The notes beneath the pieces were generated by a model. It searched no databases. It saw only the letters and a program-made list of their open reading frames with translations, and was not told the DNA's origin. The position numbers and the translations under genes are program-made. DNA of 62,961 nt, filler included, from Globobulimina sp. (Eukaryota): NCBI GenBank assembly GCA_003354225.1. It is 34 parts of 34 records of this genome, joined end to end, with 100 filler letters (N's around TTAATTAATTAA, not from the genome) between each part and the next. Parts side by side here need not be neighbours in the genome. Positions count along the whole stretch, not along the records: positions 1 to 1,756 come from PIVH01012305.1; positions 1,857 to 3,612 come from PIVH01012306.1; positions 3,713 to 5,468 come from PIVH01012307.1; positions 5,569 to 7,324 come from PIVH01012308.1; positions 7,425 to 9,180 come from PIVH01012309.1; positions 9,281 to 11,036 come from PIVH01012310.1; positions 11,137 to 12,892 come from PIVH01012311.1; 27 more parts are not named here. One strand, given 5' to 3'. Positions 1 to 11,233 of this stretch are shown here, in pieces; the first letter of the stretch is position 1; the number at the start of each line of letters is the position of its first letter.

Positions 1-276
1 TGTGGCAGCATACGGCAACGCTTCGGTGACACATAAAAAAACTAAATTCTCCAATGTGGAGTTATTGTCATCTGGGTCGCATCCATGGATGTAATTATAG
101 GCAAAACTGCCACTTAAAAGTGTGGCCATTCCATCTGGCCGTCTTAATTCATTGCGTGATATTTTTTTCAGAATTTTACGACAGGCGCGGACGTATTTAT
201 TGCTTGCTGCGCCTAAATTGGCCTCAATTAATGGTGTGTCGGCTCCTGCGATAAGCGAATATAAGATCTTTGCCAT
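1..276 (-). CDS. Longin-domain protein (VAMP7-like R-SNARE N-terminus), 3'-partial
   Basis: Absent from the ORF track because it has no stop. Hand translation: MAKILYSLIAGADTPLIEANLGAASNKYVRACRKILKKI...SGSFAYNYI...NLVFLCVTE. This matches the longin pattern 'ILYSLIA...A.RIL.KI...F.Y...LVFLC.T'. Confidence 0.7.
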   Translation of the reverse strand, partial: MAKILYSLIAGADTPLIEANLGAASNKYVRACRKILKKISRNELRRPDGMATLLSGSFAYNYIHGCDPDDNNSTLENLVFLCVTEALPYAAT

Positions 277-586
277 GTATGATGTAAATGAATGTTTTTT
301 TTAGTGTAAATAATTGTTTATAGAAACAAAGAATAAAAATAGGATGGAGCTAACAGATTTTGCAAACAATTCACACATAATATACATCACAAAAACAAAC
401 ATATGCATAGAAAATTATACGCAAATAACAATTGGATATACAATATAGAAATGAAAGAAGTATGAAAAAAAAATATTGTAACACAAAAAGACAGTTTCTC
501 GCAAAGACGATTGTGCGTTACATTTAAAAATAAATTGAAAAATATTCATACTTTCTTGAGAACACTGATTGCACAAAAACACATTG

Positions 587-1228
587 CTATACATTTACAG
601 GTTTTTGCACTGGTTTTTCTTTTGGATTTGGTCTATTTGTCCACCATTTACTTATCTCTTTATAACCAAATTCAAAATCATTGTGTTTACAAAACGCTAA
701 CATTTGCGCAATATTATGCGGTAAATGGCCAACTTTCTCTAAAAATACATCTGACAAATCATCCAATGACAGCTCATCAATACCATCATCGGCCACATTT
801 CCTTGCTTATCACATTGGTACTTCTTAACAATAATCATAGTCAAATATTTGCCATTTCTCCTCGGAAATATTATATTTTCATCCTGGTTATAATTATATT
901 GTTCCTCCTTTTCTTCTGCTGCTACTTTTGCCGCTTGCTTTGCTTCGTTATTATTATTGAGAGCCTGCGCTCTTTGGCCAATAATATCTTTCAGTTTATG
1001 CAGAGTTTGATATTCATTGAGATCCGCATAGCTGTCCTCGCTATCACTGCTCCACGGATACACATATTTGTTGCCATACTCGTTAGCATTATCAAGCTCT
1101 GTGGATGAGGATTGATCGTAATCCAATGACGAATCACTGTCTACGTGCAATGCGTTGTCCTCATCAAACGATGAAGAAGAGGTATCCGCATTTTCTTCAT
1201 TTGAATAGGATACATTTGGTGTGATTGC
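587..1228 (-). CDS. Hypothetical protein (acidic Ser-rich N-terminus, small helical C-terminal domain)
   Basis: 220-aa ORF in the track; first ATG (MSAITP) near 1234-1228 is approximate. No recognised family. Confidence 0.6.
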   Translation of the reverse strand, partial: AITPNVSYSNEENADTSSSSFDEDNALHVDSDSSLDYDQSSSTELDNANEYGNKYVYPWSSDSEDSYADLNEYQTLHKLKDIIGQRAQALNNNNEAKQAAKVAAEEKEEQYNYNQDENIIFPRRNGKYLTMIIVKKYQCDKQGNVADDGIDELSLDDLSDVFLEKVGHLPHNIAQMLAFCKHNDFEFGYKEISKWWTNRPNPKEKPVQKPVNV

Positions 1229-1303
1229 GGACATTATGGCGTTGCCCAAATCTGTGGGTGGTTGGTTTGCTAATTTGTAGATAATTGTGCAAGGATAAAT
1301 AAA

Positions 1304-1756
1304 TTAATACAAACTTTGTGTGATATGAGGCGAATGAGAGGGTGATTGGGATAATAATGTAATTTGAGAGGATAATTTATGAGCGTATCGTCTTACCATT
1401 TTAGACTTATTTTGGTGTAATATATCGGTTAATAAAGGAGTTACATTGTGTGTGTATTTTAGATGTGTAACAAATTTATTTAGTAATGACAATGCAGCGC
1501 ATACAATGGCGGTATTTTTATGTAATAATAACGATTTATTTGTGAGTATTTTATGTAATGTGTCATTATTAATGACTTGTTTGTGATGGTTGATGGCTTT
1601 GTGTTTAATTAATTTTGCGTATAAATGATTGGTTGCCTCAATAACTGTTGGTTTAGAATCTTTTGAAGCTTGCCCAATAAATTTGGGTTTATAAATTTGC
1701 AGTTTGTGTTTATTTCCGTTTAATTTACGAAAACTTTGTATCTTTTGATTAAATGC
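1304..1756 (-). CDS. Hypothetical protein, 5'-partial
   Basis: Frame is open from the contig edge (AFNQKIQSFRK...) to TAA at 1304. Confidence 0.45.
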   Translation of the reverse strand, partial: AFNQKIQSFRKLNGNKHKLQIYKPKFIGQASKDSKPTVIEATNHLYAKLIKHKAINHHKQVINNDTLHKILTNKSLLLHKNTAIVCAALSLLNKFVTHLKYTHNVTPLLTDILHQNKSKMVRRYAHKLSSQITLLSQSPSHSPHITQSLY

Positions 1757-1856
1757 NNNNNNNNNNNNNNNNNNNNNNNNNNNNNNNNNNNNNNNNNNNN
1801 TTAATTAATTAANNNNNNNNNNNNNNNNNNNNNNNNNNNNNNNNNNNNNNNNNNNN
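1757..1856. other. Artificial contig-joining spacer (first of 33)
   Basis: N44-TTAATTAATTAA-N44 (stops in all six frames). It recurs starting at 3613, 5469, 7325, 9181, 11037, 12893, 14749, 16605, 18461, 20317, 22172, 24027, 25882, 27737, 29592, 31447, 33302, 35156, 37010, 38864, 40718, 42572, 44426, 46280, 48134, 49988, 51842, 53696, 55550, 57403, 59256 and 61109. Contig lengths fall monotonically from 1756 to 1753. Confidence 0.99.
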
Positions 1857-3329
1857 TACATTGCGTCTGGATACGCAAAGGACGGGTCGTACGACGCAGT
1901 GCCATAATCGCGATGGTGATTGCCGCCATCCAATGAGTCCATACTACCCTCCATATTATGGGCCTGTGCCTGTGCATGTGCATAGGGATGCGACTGGGAC
2001 TGCGATTGCGTGCTATTCATATGCGGTGCGTGTCGTTCATGGTCATATTTGTTATGTGTGTGTGCCTGTTCTTGCTGTCTCTTTAATTTGGCGCGGAAGG
2101 CTTTCAACTCCGCGATGGTTTTGTATATCTCGGCCAGGGCCTGCTCGCATTGGCCGCCTGAGCCCGAGATAGTGATCATTTTCATCAAGGGGTTGTTGGG
2201 CACGTTGCGCGGCGAAATCATGACCGTGGCCCCGGTGATGTCCTGGATGCGCTGGATGTTGTTGCCTTGCCTGTGTTTGGTGGTAAGTTTGGTACAGAAT
2301 ATTAAAGGAAAGACGCAAAGGGAGGAAATGATAATTCTCCCCCAATTGCAATAGGCAACAATCAAAGCTATACAATTTGTCAATTTGTCATTTGTATCAG
2401 ATATCAGATCAAAAAAAAATAGAGAGACGCCAAACTTTTTTGATATAATACGCTAGAAAATTTGCAATGTGCCAAAAAAAAGTCAAATATAAATGGATGC
2501 ACTGAACTTGCCAATCACAACTCCGATTTGCGAGTTGGGGATTTCTACGTCGATGTATCCGTTGTGGCGATGCTCTTTCACTTCCATGCCGCCTGCAGAC
2601 AGAGTGGCAATTTGTGTGAGTGGCAAATGAGAAAAGTAAACATGTGGCGTTGTGTACAGAATGAAGAACAGAAACTTAACCTTCGTCGTATTTGTCGGTG
2701 GATTCTCGGATTAAGTCATTGATTTTCTTGACTCCGCCGGCAACCTTTTCTTGAGTGTCTGCGGAGACGTAGACATGGAGAGGCTCTTCGGGGTCGTTCT
2801 GTGAATGTGAATGTGTGTGGTTTTGCTGTATGAGCGCAAGGATAGAATGTAATTTACATACGTCAGGAATGCCGTTCTTGGAGGAACCTTTGCCTTTGAC
2901 GAGGATGCGACAGCCAGTTTCGGTTTGCATTCGTTTTTGGTTCAAGCCCTTTGGCCCTAATATCAAGCCAATGAAGTTGATGTTGGGATAGTCGTCCTTG
3001 GGGATATAGACCCGCTCTTCGAAGGGTTTGCCGAAGCCCAGGCTTTGGTGATGATCGTGCGGCGATCTGTAGGTTTGGCCGGAGAATAACGACGCTGTTT
3101 GCAAGAATGTATTTGTGTTTGGTGGTGCGAAGTTGTTTAGATCTGCGGCAGTATCCGATAAACCTAATTGTTTGGATAGACTGGCCGCGACTGCCAATGC
3201 TTGCTGTTGTCTGCGTTGTAAATCATCTGCGACTGATAAGTTGGATGAAAATGGGGTGGCTTGTGTTGGTTGAGGACCAAAACGCGATTTACGTTTTTTT
3301 GCTGGTGGTTCGCGTAAATCTGACGACAT
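1857..3329 (-). CDS. Two-KH-domain RNA-binding protein (first KH is SF1/BBP-STAR type)
   Basis: KH1: RVYIPKDDYPNINFIGLILGPKGLNQKRMQTETGCRILVKGKGS...EPLHVYV. Predicted GT-AG introns at 2799-2861, 2593-2680 and 2271-2507 restore KH2: VEIPNSQIGVVIGKQGNNIQRIQDITGATVMI. The track ORFs 2676-3329 and 1805-2383 are therefore one gene. Confidence 0.85.
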
Positions 3330-3956
3330 TATTGGTAAGCTGTTTTTTTAGGAGTTTAAAAACTGCGAAGTTAAGGGAAATCTGTCCGCATTAAACTAAC
3401 AACGAGTACGTTTCTGCGAATTTTTGAAAAAAATTCAATCAATAATTTATTCAAAACACTAAGAAATCAATAATATGAACGGTGCAACGCCGGAAGGCCC
3501 CGGGAATGAGTAACATTTTGCACAAATCCATACTTTATTAGTCAAGATAACTAAACTAGTCATTAATTTATTCATTTTATTGAATTAAAAAAAAATAAGG
3601 GAGCCGACTTTANNNNNNNNNNNNNNNNNNNNNNNNNNNNNNNNNNNNNNNNNNNNTTAATTAATTAANNNNNNNNNNNNNNNNNNNNNNNNNNNNNNNN
3701 NNNNNNNNNNNNTACAGATTGTGAAATACAGAACAAATTTATAATTGAATTTAGTGGTTGAATTATGATTTTAATTGCAAACTTAGCAGCTGTGGTTGGC
3801 GGAGGTTATCTTTTTGAATATATCGTTGAAGTGACTGAACTAAAGTTTGTTTGTTTTCAAATTAAAAATACCCATTTTCTTTACATCCCTTCGATAGGCA
3901 ACACACTTTAACCGATCCCATTTTTTTTAGATATTCATACAACGAACATATTAACT

Positions 3957-5032
3957 ATGTCCATAGAAGCTCAGCCCAACACAACGGCCAATGATGACAA
4001 TGTTATTATAAATGTATCCCATTCGTCCCCACCAAGTAAAAATAGGAGACGACGTAGAAAAAATAATAAAAATAGAAATAAAAATCAAACTAACAGACAA
4101 ATGAAAACAACAAACAAAACAAACCAACAAACCAAACTTTATTCACATAAATCGCTCAAAAAAAAGAAGTCAACGCCATGGCAAAAAACAAACACTGCGT
4201 CAAAATTTGAGAATATTATGAATGAACAAACAACAAAACAAAGCAATTCTTATTATAACAATTACGATCAAGCATTAACCGCAAATGAAGCAGATTTATT
4301 GGAACAACAAATGATTTTGGAAGCCATTGCTGCATCAAACAAATTACAAAAAGAACAAAAAGAAACCAATAACGCAACAAAATCAACAGACATTGAACAT
4401 AAAAACGATATTTATGTTGGAGATGATGATGATGAAAAACACGAAAACATTAAAAACACACAAAATATAAAAAATAAGACACCCAAAACAGATATAAATG
4501 ATAAGGAATTAGTTACAAATGAGATAGATAATTATGCACAGACAATGAACGATGAATTGTTAGCTGTCCATCTTCAAAAAGTTGAAGAAAACGAATTGCA
4601 AAGACAGGTATTGTGAGGATATATATTTTATAAACGCAACTTATGATTTTCTGACATTTATAGCAAAAATTAAGTGAAATATATGATGGGAAATATGCCA
4701 AAGTAACCTCGTCCAATGTCCATGCCAGTGCCATACCTAAATCAGCATTGCAATTCTATTACGATAATAATGCAATAAGTAAAGAAGAAGAGAGTGTAAT
4801 TAATGAGTCAGAGACTGAGACTGAGACAGAAGTAATAAGTAAACATGATGCGAGGATATGGAGTGAGAGACATATGAATCGATTGAATGAATATGAGATG
4901 GGAGGCGATTTAAATACAAATCTGAACATTGGAAATCAATGTTACAATTCATTTAGAAATCAATTGGATAGAAAAGGATTTATAAATTATCATAATTATC
5001 AACTTCAACTAAAAGACGACGAAAAAAGATAA
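3957..5032 (+). CDS. RIOK3 N-terminal-region-like protein without kinase domain
   Basis: Intron 4608-4663 (GTATTG...TAG) joins the two ORFs in frame. Motifs PW..FENIMNEQ, NDELLAVHLQ and ISKHDARIWSERHMNRL..GGD...LNIGNQCYNSFR parallel the RIOK3 N-terminus. Stop at 5030-5032. Confidence 0.6.
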
Positions 5033-6256
5033 CAGTTTTTAATATAATTTGTTGTTTGTGATTTCTTCAAAACACTAAGAAATCAATTTCTCGTGTTATC
5101 GGCCAAATTATTATTTTCAACTGTTTTGATGACTACGCTTAGCGCACTTCGTGAAAACCCAAAAATCTGTGTTAGCACCTCACAAATCATAAATGTAATA
5201 TCACATAATATCACATCGAAGACGAAACTGTGCACAAAGAATCGGTTGGCAGCTAGCACAGAAAAGAAAAAGTCATCTTAATTTGTTTCTGGTTCGGTGT
5301 TGTCGCAATTTAATTATTATCAAAGTATAATGTGCAAGGATACAGAATAAAAAGTTTGCAACTTGAAAAGGTAAATGGTAATATATGTTTATTATTAATT
5401 AATTAATTTTACAAACACATTGATCACAAAACAAATGTTAAAATATATCATATATAAAAATATTTATTNNNNNNNNNNNNNNNNNNNNNNNNNNNNNNNN
5501 NNNNNNNNNNNNTTAATTAATTAANNNNNNNNNNNNNNNNNNNNNNNNNNNNNNNNNNNNNNNNNNNNGTAAAGAAAAGAAAAGGCATGACCCCAACTTC
5601 TATAATCTAGTTGCGACCAGTATGCCGATAACGTTTAATCCATTTTTTAATCCATTTTTTGCAAATTGCCAATTCCAATTATTTTTAAATATAATTTAAT
5701 TTAATTTAATTTTTCCAATTTCCAAATGTATATATAGTGACTAATCCAAATTATCAAATCAATGTAAATGTAGAAGTGAAGAAGAGAGAGAAGATGAAGT
5801 TTTTTACTTAAATAAATCTTTTTGTAAAAACGCAAAACAAAGAAAGTCAAGCAAACAATCAAACTAACCTGTTTATATAACTATAAACCGATGTTTTTAA
5901 TATAATATTAGTTTGAGGTGCTAGTAAGATTGAATTCTAGTAAAGTTGTTTTCTCGAACAAAAATCTTCTCGCACCTCGCCCTTTTTAACTTTTCATAAT
6001 ACAATCTATTTTTTCTGGAATATATTGTATTTTTATTTTTTATAGGTCCGCTTTTTACCTTAAAAAAGTCCGGAGCGTTTTTGTTTACAAAAACGTATTA
6101 CTAACTGCAGAAAACTTAATGCTATATACGAGCAAGCGACAATAACTAGTTTTAGTTAGAATTGCATTCTGCCCTTCTAATATAGTAGAGTTCAGTTAAG
6201 TACCGGGAACTATTAGTGATCTTTTTATATCACACTTAGCTTCCTTACGGTAGTTA

Positions 6257-6467
6257 GGAAGGAAAATAGGTTAATAATAAAATGTTAATGGTTCCCGATG
6301 AAACACAACCTTTAAGAATTCAATTTTGACTTTCAACGTTTTTATTTTGAATAATCTGTAAAAAACTGTAAATTCAAAGAGTTTATAGTAAAAACAGTAA
6401 TTTCAAACTGAAAAGCAAAAAGTTAAATGTTACCTTTAACATTTTATTATTAACCTATTTTCCTTCC
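6257..6467. mobile_element. MITE-like element with perfect 32-bp terminal inverted repeats
   Basis: GGAAGGAAAATAGGTTAATAATAAAATGTTAA at 6257-6288 and its exact reverse complement at 6436-6467. The interior is non-coding. A related TIR copy lies at 27547-27578 on another contig. Confidence 0.7.
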
Positions 6468-6473
6468 ATAAAT

Positions 6474-6531
6474 AGAGTTTTCCTATTTAACCTTGATCAT
6501 GAGCAAAATCAAGGTTAAATAGGAAAACTCT
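6474..6531. repeat. Perfect 24-bp inverted repeat (hairpin, 10-nt loop)
   Basis: AGAGTTTTCCTATTTAACCTTGAT-catgagcaaa-ATCAAGGTTAAATAGGAAAACTCT. Confidence 0.9.
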
Positions 6532-6873
6532 TATTATTAACTAAACAGAAAAGGAAATACAATAAAATTAACACATTTCCATTGTTGTTACAAAAGAAAG
6601 AGTATCAAAAAAAATTGAAACAACAATTTTATTTGACATCGTAGGATAATAATAACTCAGTGCAATAGGATAATAATAACTCATCAATATTTATAATCAT
6701 ATAGAATTGCCATTTATATTCGATCAGTAATTCAGTATTCATTGTTTGCGGACACTTTCATTTGCCATAAATTATTCAGTTTCTGTTGAAATAAAAAAAA
6801 GACTACTGCACAATCATAATTCATAAACCGTGGATAACCCCCACACAGTCACCCCTCTTATTCTCAAAACATA

Positions 6874-7324
6874 ATGTTCTCTCATAAATTGAGCAAACAT
6901 GAAAAAGCAATCTTTGCAATTCTGCTTTTTTGTGCAAGCTATATTTTATTAATACTAAAACGTCCATTTACAGTGAATGAATTGATGGACACGAACATGA
7001 ATATGAATAATAAAGAATTTGCAGATTACCTGAATACAACAAATAACAGTACCAACATGAGCATCGAAAGTGTGATTTCGAGATGGAACCATCTGTTCAA
7101 ATGTTTTATCATTGACACCAATCCCCTGACGGATTGCGTTACCACTATGGAAGAGGTAAAATCATTATCTATAAATACATATTTTAAGCTGAATGCACTG
7201 GAACATAATTATTCATATCATTCTATGCTATCGTTGAGAAGGCAGATTATGATAATCTCGAATCATTCCATCGTTTATCATAAGCTTATTCAAACATTTA
7301 TTAACATGCATAACAACCAAATGA
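6874..7324 (+). CDS. Hypothetical type II membrane protein, 3'-partial
   Basis: ATG start, N-terminal hydrophobic helix (AIFAILLFCASYILLIL), and the frame runs off the contig. Confidence 0.55.
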
Positions 7325-7660
7325 NNNNNNNNNNNNNNNNNNNNNNNNNNNNNNNNNNNNNNNNNNNNTTAATTAATTAANNNNNNNNNNNNNNNNNNNN
7401 NNNNNNNNNNNNNNNNNNNNNNNNAATATTGATAAAACAGCGTATAGAGCAGCAATATTTATGTATATTTATGGTTCGCGACAGAAAGAAGTTACTGGAT
7501 GTATTGAGTTGATTGAATGACATTTGTGACAAAAACAGTTTAACTGCATGAATATTTTTAGTATTTTGTGGCTTGAAAAAAAAACTACTCTCTACAATGG
7601 ATAATTTGTGTCATTGTATGTGGAAATGCAATTTGTTCTTCTTTTAACCGTTTTATATTA

Positions 7661-8939
7661 GTACCAATCCAAGATCAAGTAATAGATTGGTATAATATCA
7701 ATGCTGTGTAATGTTGTTGTACGCTTGGCCTAATGTTGTTTGTTGCATATCATTCGGTATATTGATCGATAGATTCGGAGTAAGGAAGATCTTATCACTT
7801 GTATGGTTTTTAGATATTATGGGATTATTATTGATTATCTACAGCTGTAACATGAAAAATTATATATTATTATGTGTGGGACGAACAATGGTTGGAATGG
7901 GCAATGAAGGATTAAATTTGTCAGCAAAATTATATGTTATTTCTTTTTTTCAACCAAACGAATACGGCATCGTTTTTGGAATATTCTGTGCTTTTAAATC
8001 AATTGGAAGTGCTCTGAATTCATACATTACGTATCAAATATATTCGACATTTGGCATATTTTATGCAATGTCTTTCCCACTAATTATCGCACCTTTTTTC
8101 TTCATTCCATTATTTATATTAATGTTTGCAGAAAAATATCATTTTAATAACAATGACAAAAAACAAGAATTAGAGTCAACGCAATTGATGGAAAGTAATG
8201 ATGCAACCAAACAAAAAGAAAGAGGTCAATTTAAATGGTCAGATATCTCTAAATTTTCCATTTATTTTTTGATATTATTAGCGGGCTTAGTTTTATTTGG
8301 AGGCGCCATGGGCTCTTTTAATAATATTTCAGTTTCATTGATCCATCATATGTTTGGCTATGAATATGAATTTGCAACAATAATTATCGTATTTCGTAAT
8401 TCAATCGCTTTGACTGTCGTTTTATTGCTCGGATATTTAACAGCTAGATTTGGTCGAAAAATTGAATTTTTATTACTTTCAAATATTTGCGCTATTATTG
8501 GTTTTTATATTTATGGATGGATATTCATTCACATGTTTTTTATGCATTTTTTGGTGCATTTTTGCTCGCCGTATCGCTGTCATCTTTGCCAGTTTTTTGT
8601 TCAGCCATTCCTTTGATTGTTATTCCACAAATAACAGGAACAGCGTTTGGGTTTTCTGCGTCGATTCGATTCCTTATAACTGGTTTGTTTTATATTATCG
8701 TTGGGAGTTTGACACAGGAAAATGATGGCAATCAGAAGTATATTGATGTGATATATTTTATTTTAGGCGCACTTACAGTATCAACCATTATTTATGTGAT
8801 TTCAATGTATTTGGATGTAACGCGAAATCACTCTGTTTTGAGGAAGAAGGCACATCCGGAAATTGATAAAATATCGTCAGAAGGTATACGGAACGATTTG
8901 TTAATGACAAGAATGAGCATTGTTAGTGCTTGCGAATAA
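7661..8939 (+). pseudogene. MFSD1-like MFS transporter with two frameshifts (pseudogene or assembly errors)
   Basis: YAWPNVV...GILIDRFGVRK and GRTMVGMGNE are MFSD1-type motifs. The frame changes at ~7709 (PIQDQVIDWYNINAV* to MLLYAWPN) and at ~8520 (GWI to HSHVFYAFFGAFLL...GTAFG). Confidence 0.7.
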
Positions 8940-9280
8940 GTAATGTAACTTTTTTATGTTGCTTACACGTGTACATATTATTAGCATTAAAATAGTTTTG
9001 TATAGATCATCCACCAAAGTGTACATTATATCGTTCAGTGTATATATACGTATTCGATTTGATGGAGAAATGTTTTTTGATTTGTCGAAGTCGCTTATAT
9101 GTGGCTCTTTTGGTAAAAATTGACGTTATCTCTGAAATCATATATACAATCATTCAAAAAAAGTAATTTGTTGACTCTATNNNNNNNNNNNNNNNNNNNN
9201 NNNNNNNNNNNNNNNNNNNNNNNNTTAATTAATTAANNNNNNNNNNNNNNNNNNNNNNNNNNNNNNNNNNNNNNNNNNNN

Positions 9281-11036
9281 TCATAAACATTAGCACCACA
9301 TAGGACTCTCCAGAAGCGGGACTTATGGACATTTACATTGCGACAAAGCTCAATTAATCTTTGCATGTATAGTTGATTGTGTATTTTATTTATGGCGGAT
9401 GCATTGTGGGCAAAGATGAAACTGGCATGATACCAATAGTCACGACGTAGTTCATCCAATACAGGACACATGACTGCAAGATGTAATTCTAATGGTTTGT
9501 CAATATTATTATGGCACATATTGCAGTATTTATCATATTGGTTGAAGTTATAATACAATTCACGGTATTTTTCAATCATCGGTGCATTGACATAATCTGT
9601 CAACTCATTTGTTTCATACATATTCATCGGTTTGTAGTCACTTGTGACGTGATTTAGTATTTTTAGTGGGTGATATTTATTTAATTTGTTGAGGATATGT
9701 TTATGTTGCGTCTCGATTATAATCGGTCGCAGATCATGTGGTTGGGAGACTGCATCAAAAGGGTCATTCATTTGGACAGTATTTTGTGTTTGTTGCACAA
9801 CAATGGGTAACCACTGTCTTTTTAACGCAGCATATTGCTTATATAATTTGTGGTGATTTATATGGGACAATTGCGCCCATTTGTGCATGAGGGATACATT
9901 CGGAGTGTGCAATAATTTCCAATAAAAGACTAGTTTTAAGGAGACCCATCTTTCAAAAGGCGTTGGAATGCCAGCCCATAAATATAGTTGTTCAGGAACA
10001 AAGTTCTTTATATTGGTCTGTATTTTGATCGCATTTAACTGTTTCTGGGTCGCATCTGTTAAGTTTATTTGATCACAGTCCAATATCTGAGCAAAGATCT
10101 CGGTATAAACCAGATAGAACGTTTTAAGTATTCGTATCTTGTCATCCAAGGAAATATAATCGTGGTTGAAGTCTAGTGAGGTTAATATTCGTGCTTTGTT
10201 GTCCAGTCTTTTCAGAAAGTGTTTGTTAGTGTACTTAGTGGAGACCAGATTTGAGTCATCGTAGCTGCACAACATGGCACCTAAGTAACGCATAAATGTT
10301 GTGCAGTTTATCGTATCGCCATTTAAACTTAGTTTGAGATGCATCACCGACGGGCTATATCCACGGTCATAGCGTATGTTACGCCACATTATTGGAAACG
10401 GTTTATTTGTGATGTCATTATAAAAATCATTATGCTTCTTAAACAACGCAAGATATTTGGACGGGATCTCTGCTTTGTCGTAGGCACGAATTCGATTATG
10501 GATATCTATTGCCATTATTCTATTATTTACTGGTTTCTGTATTAATATCATTGGAGCGGGTTTATTGTGGTGAATTGCGTCAGTTTCATGGTATTCATTG
10601 TTTATTAATATTATATCATTTATATTATAAGTATCTATATTATTTTTATTAATTGTGTCATCATTATATATCATTGTCATACATTTTTTATTATTAAATC
10701 GATAGTTCCATTGTTTGCTATGCCGTTCGCATATTTTTATTGAGTTATTTAGGTGCGAGATTTTATTGGCGGTCAATATTATATCATCGGCATAGAAGAT
10801 GCACGCTATTTTCTCGTTGGGGTCAGGCGAAAATGCACCATTCCCAGATGCCTGCAGTTCAAAAATCATGTCATTGAGGAATGCCGCGTACAAAACAGGG
10901 GACAGAACCGACCCTTGTAACACACCATTATGCAGTACAAATTTATTTGAGATGAACGGGAGATCTCTTATTGCGGCATGCGAGTTGTTGTAAACTGCTT
11001 TAATTATTTTGCAAATATGGATGGGAATATCGAAGT
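9281..11036 (-). mobile_element. Non-LTR (LINE-type) retrotransposon ORF2 fragment: reverse transcriptase plus C-terminal zinc knuckle
   Basis: Frame is open across the whole contig. It contains GVLQGSVLSPVLY, FYADDIIL, FNNKKC, MRYLG and CNMC...HLAVMCP. Confidence 0.9.
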
Positions 11037-11233
11037 NNNNNNNNNNNNNNNNNNNNNNNNNNNNNNNNNNNNNNNNNNNNTTAATTAATTAANNNNNNNN
11101 NNNNNNNNNNNNNNNNNNNNNNNNNNNNNNNNNNNNGCGTTCCTCTCTCCAACCACTTCCACGATTTGAAATCGCACATCATACGGCATCTTTATGTATT
11201 GATAATAATATATTTTTATATTTAACAACTGGT

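Noticed and set aside
54-1108. Numerous short ORFs antisense to or overlapping real genes (here and throughout the track)
   Set aside because: They are shadow frames of the supported genes and have no motifs of their own.
5608-5665. Minus-strand KWIKKWIKRYRHTGR resembling a Tc1/mariner HTH
   Set aside because: Too short, bounded by stops, and no other transposase motif is present.
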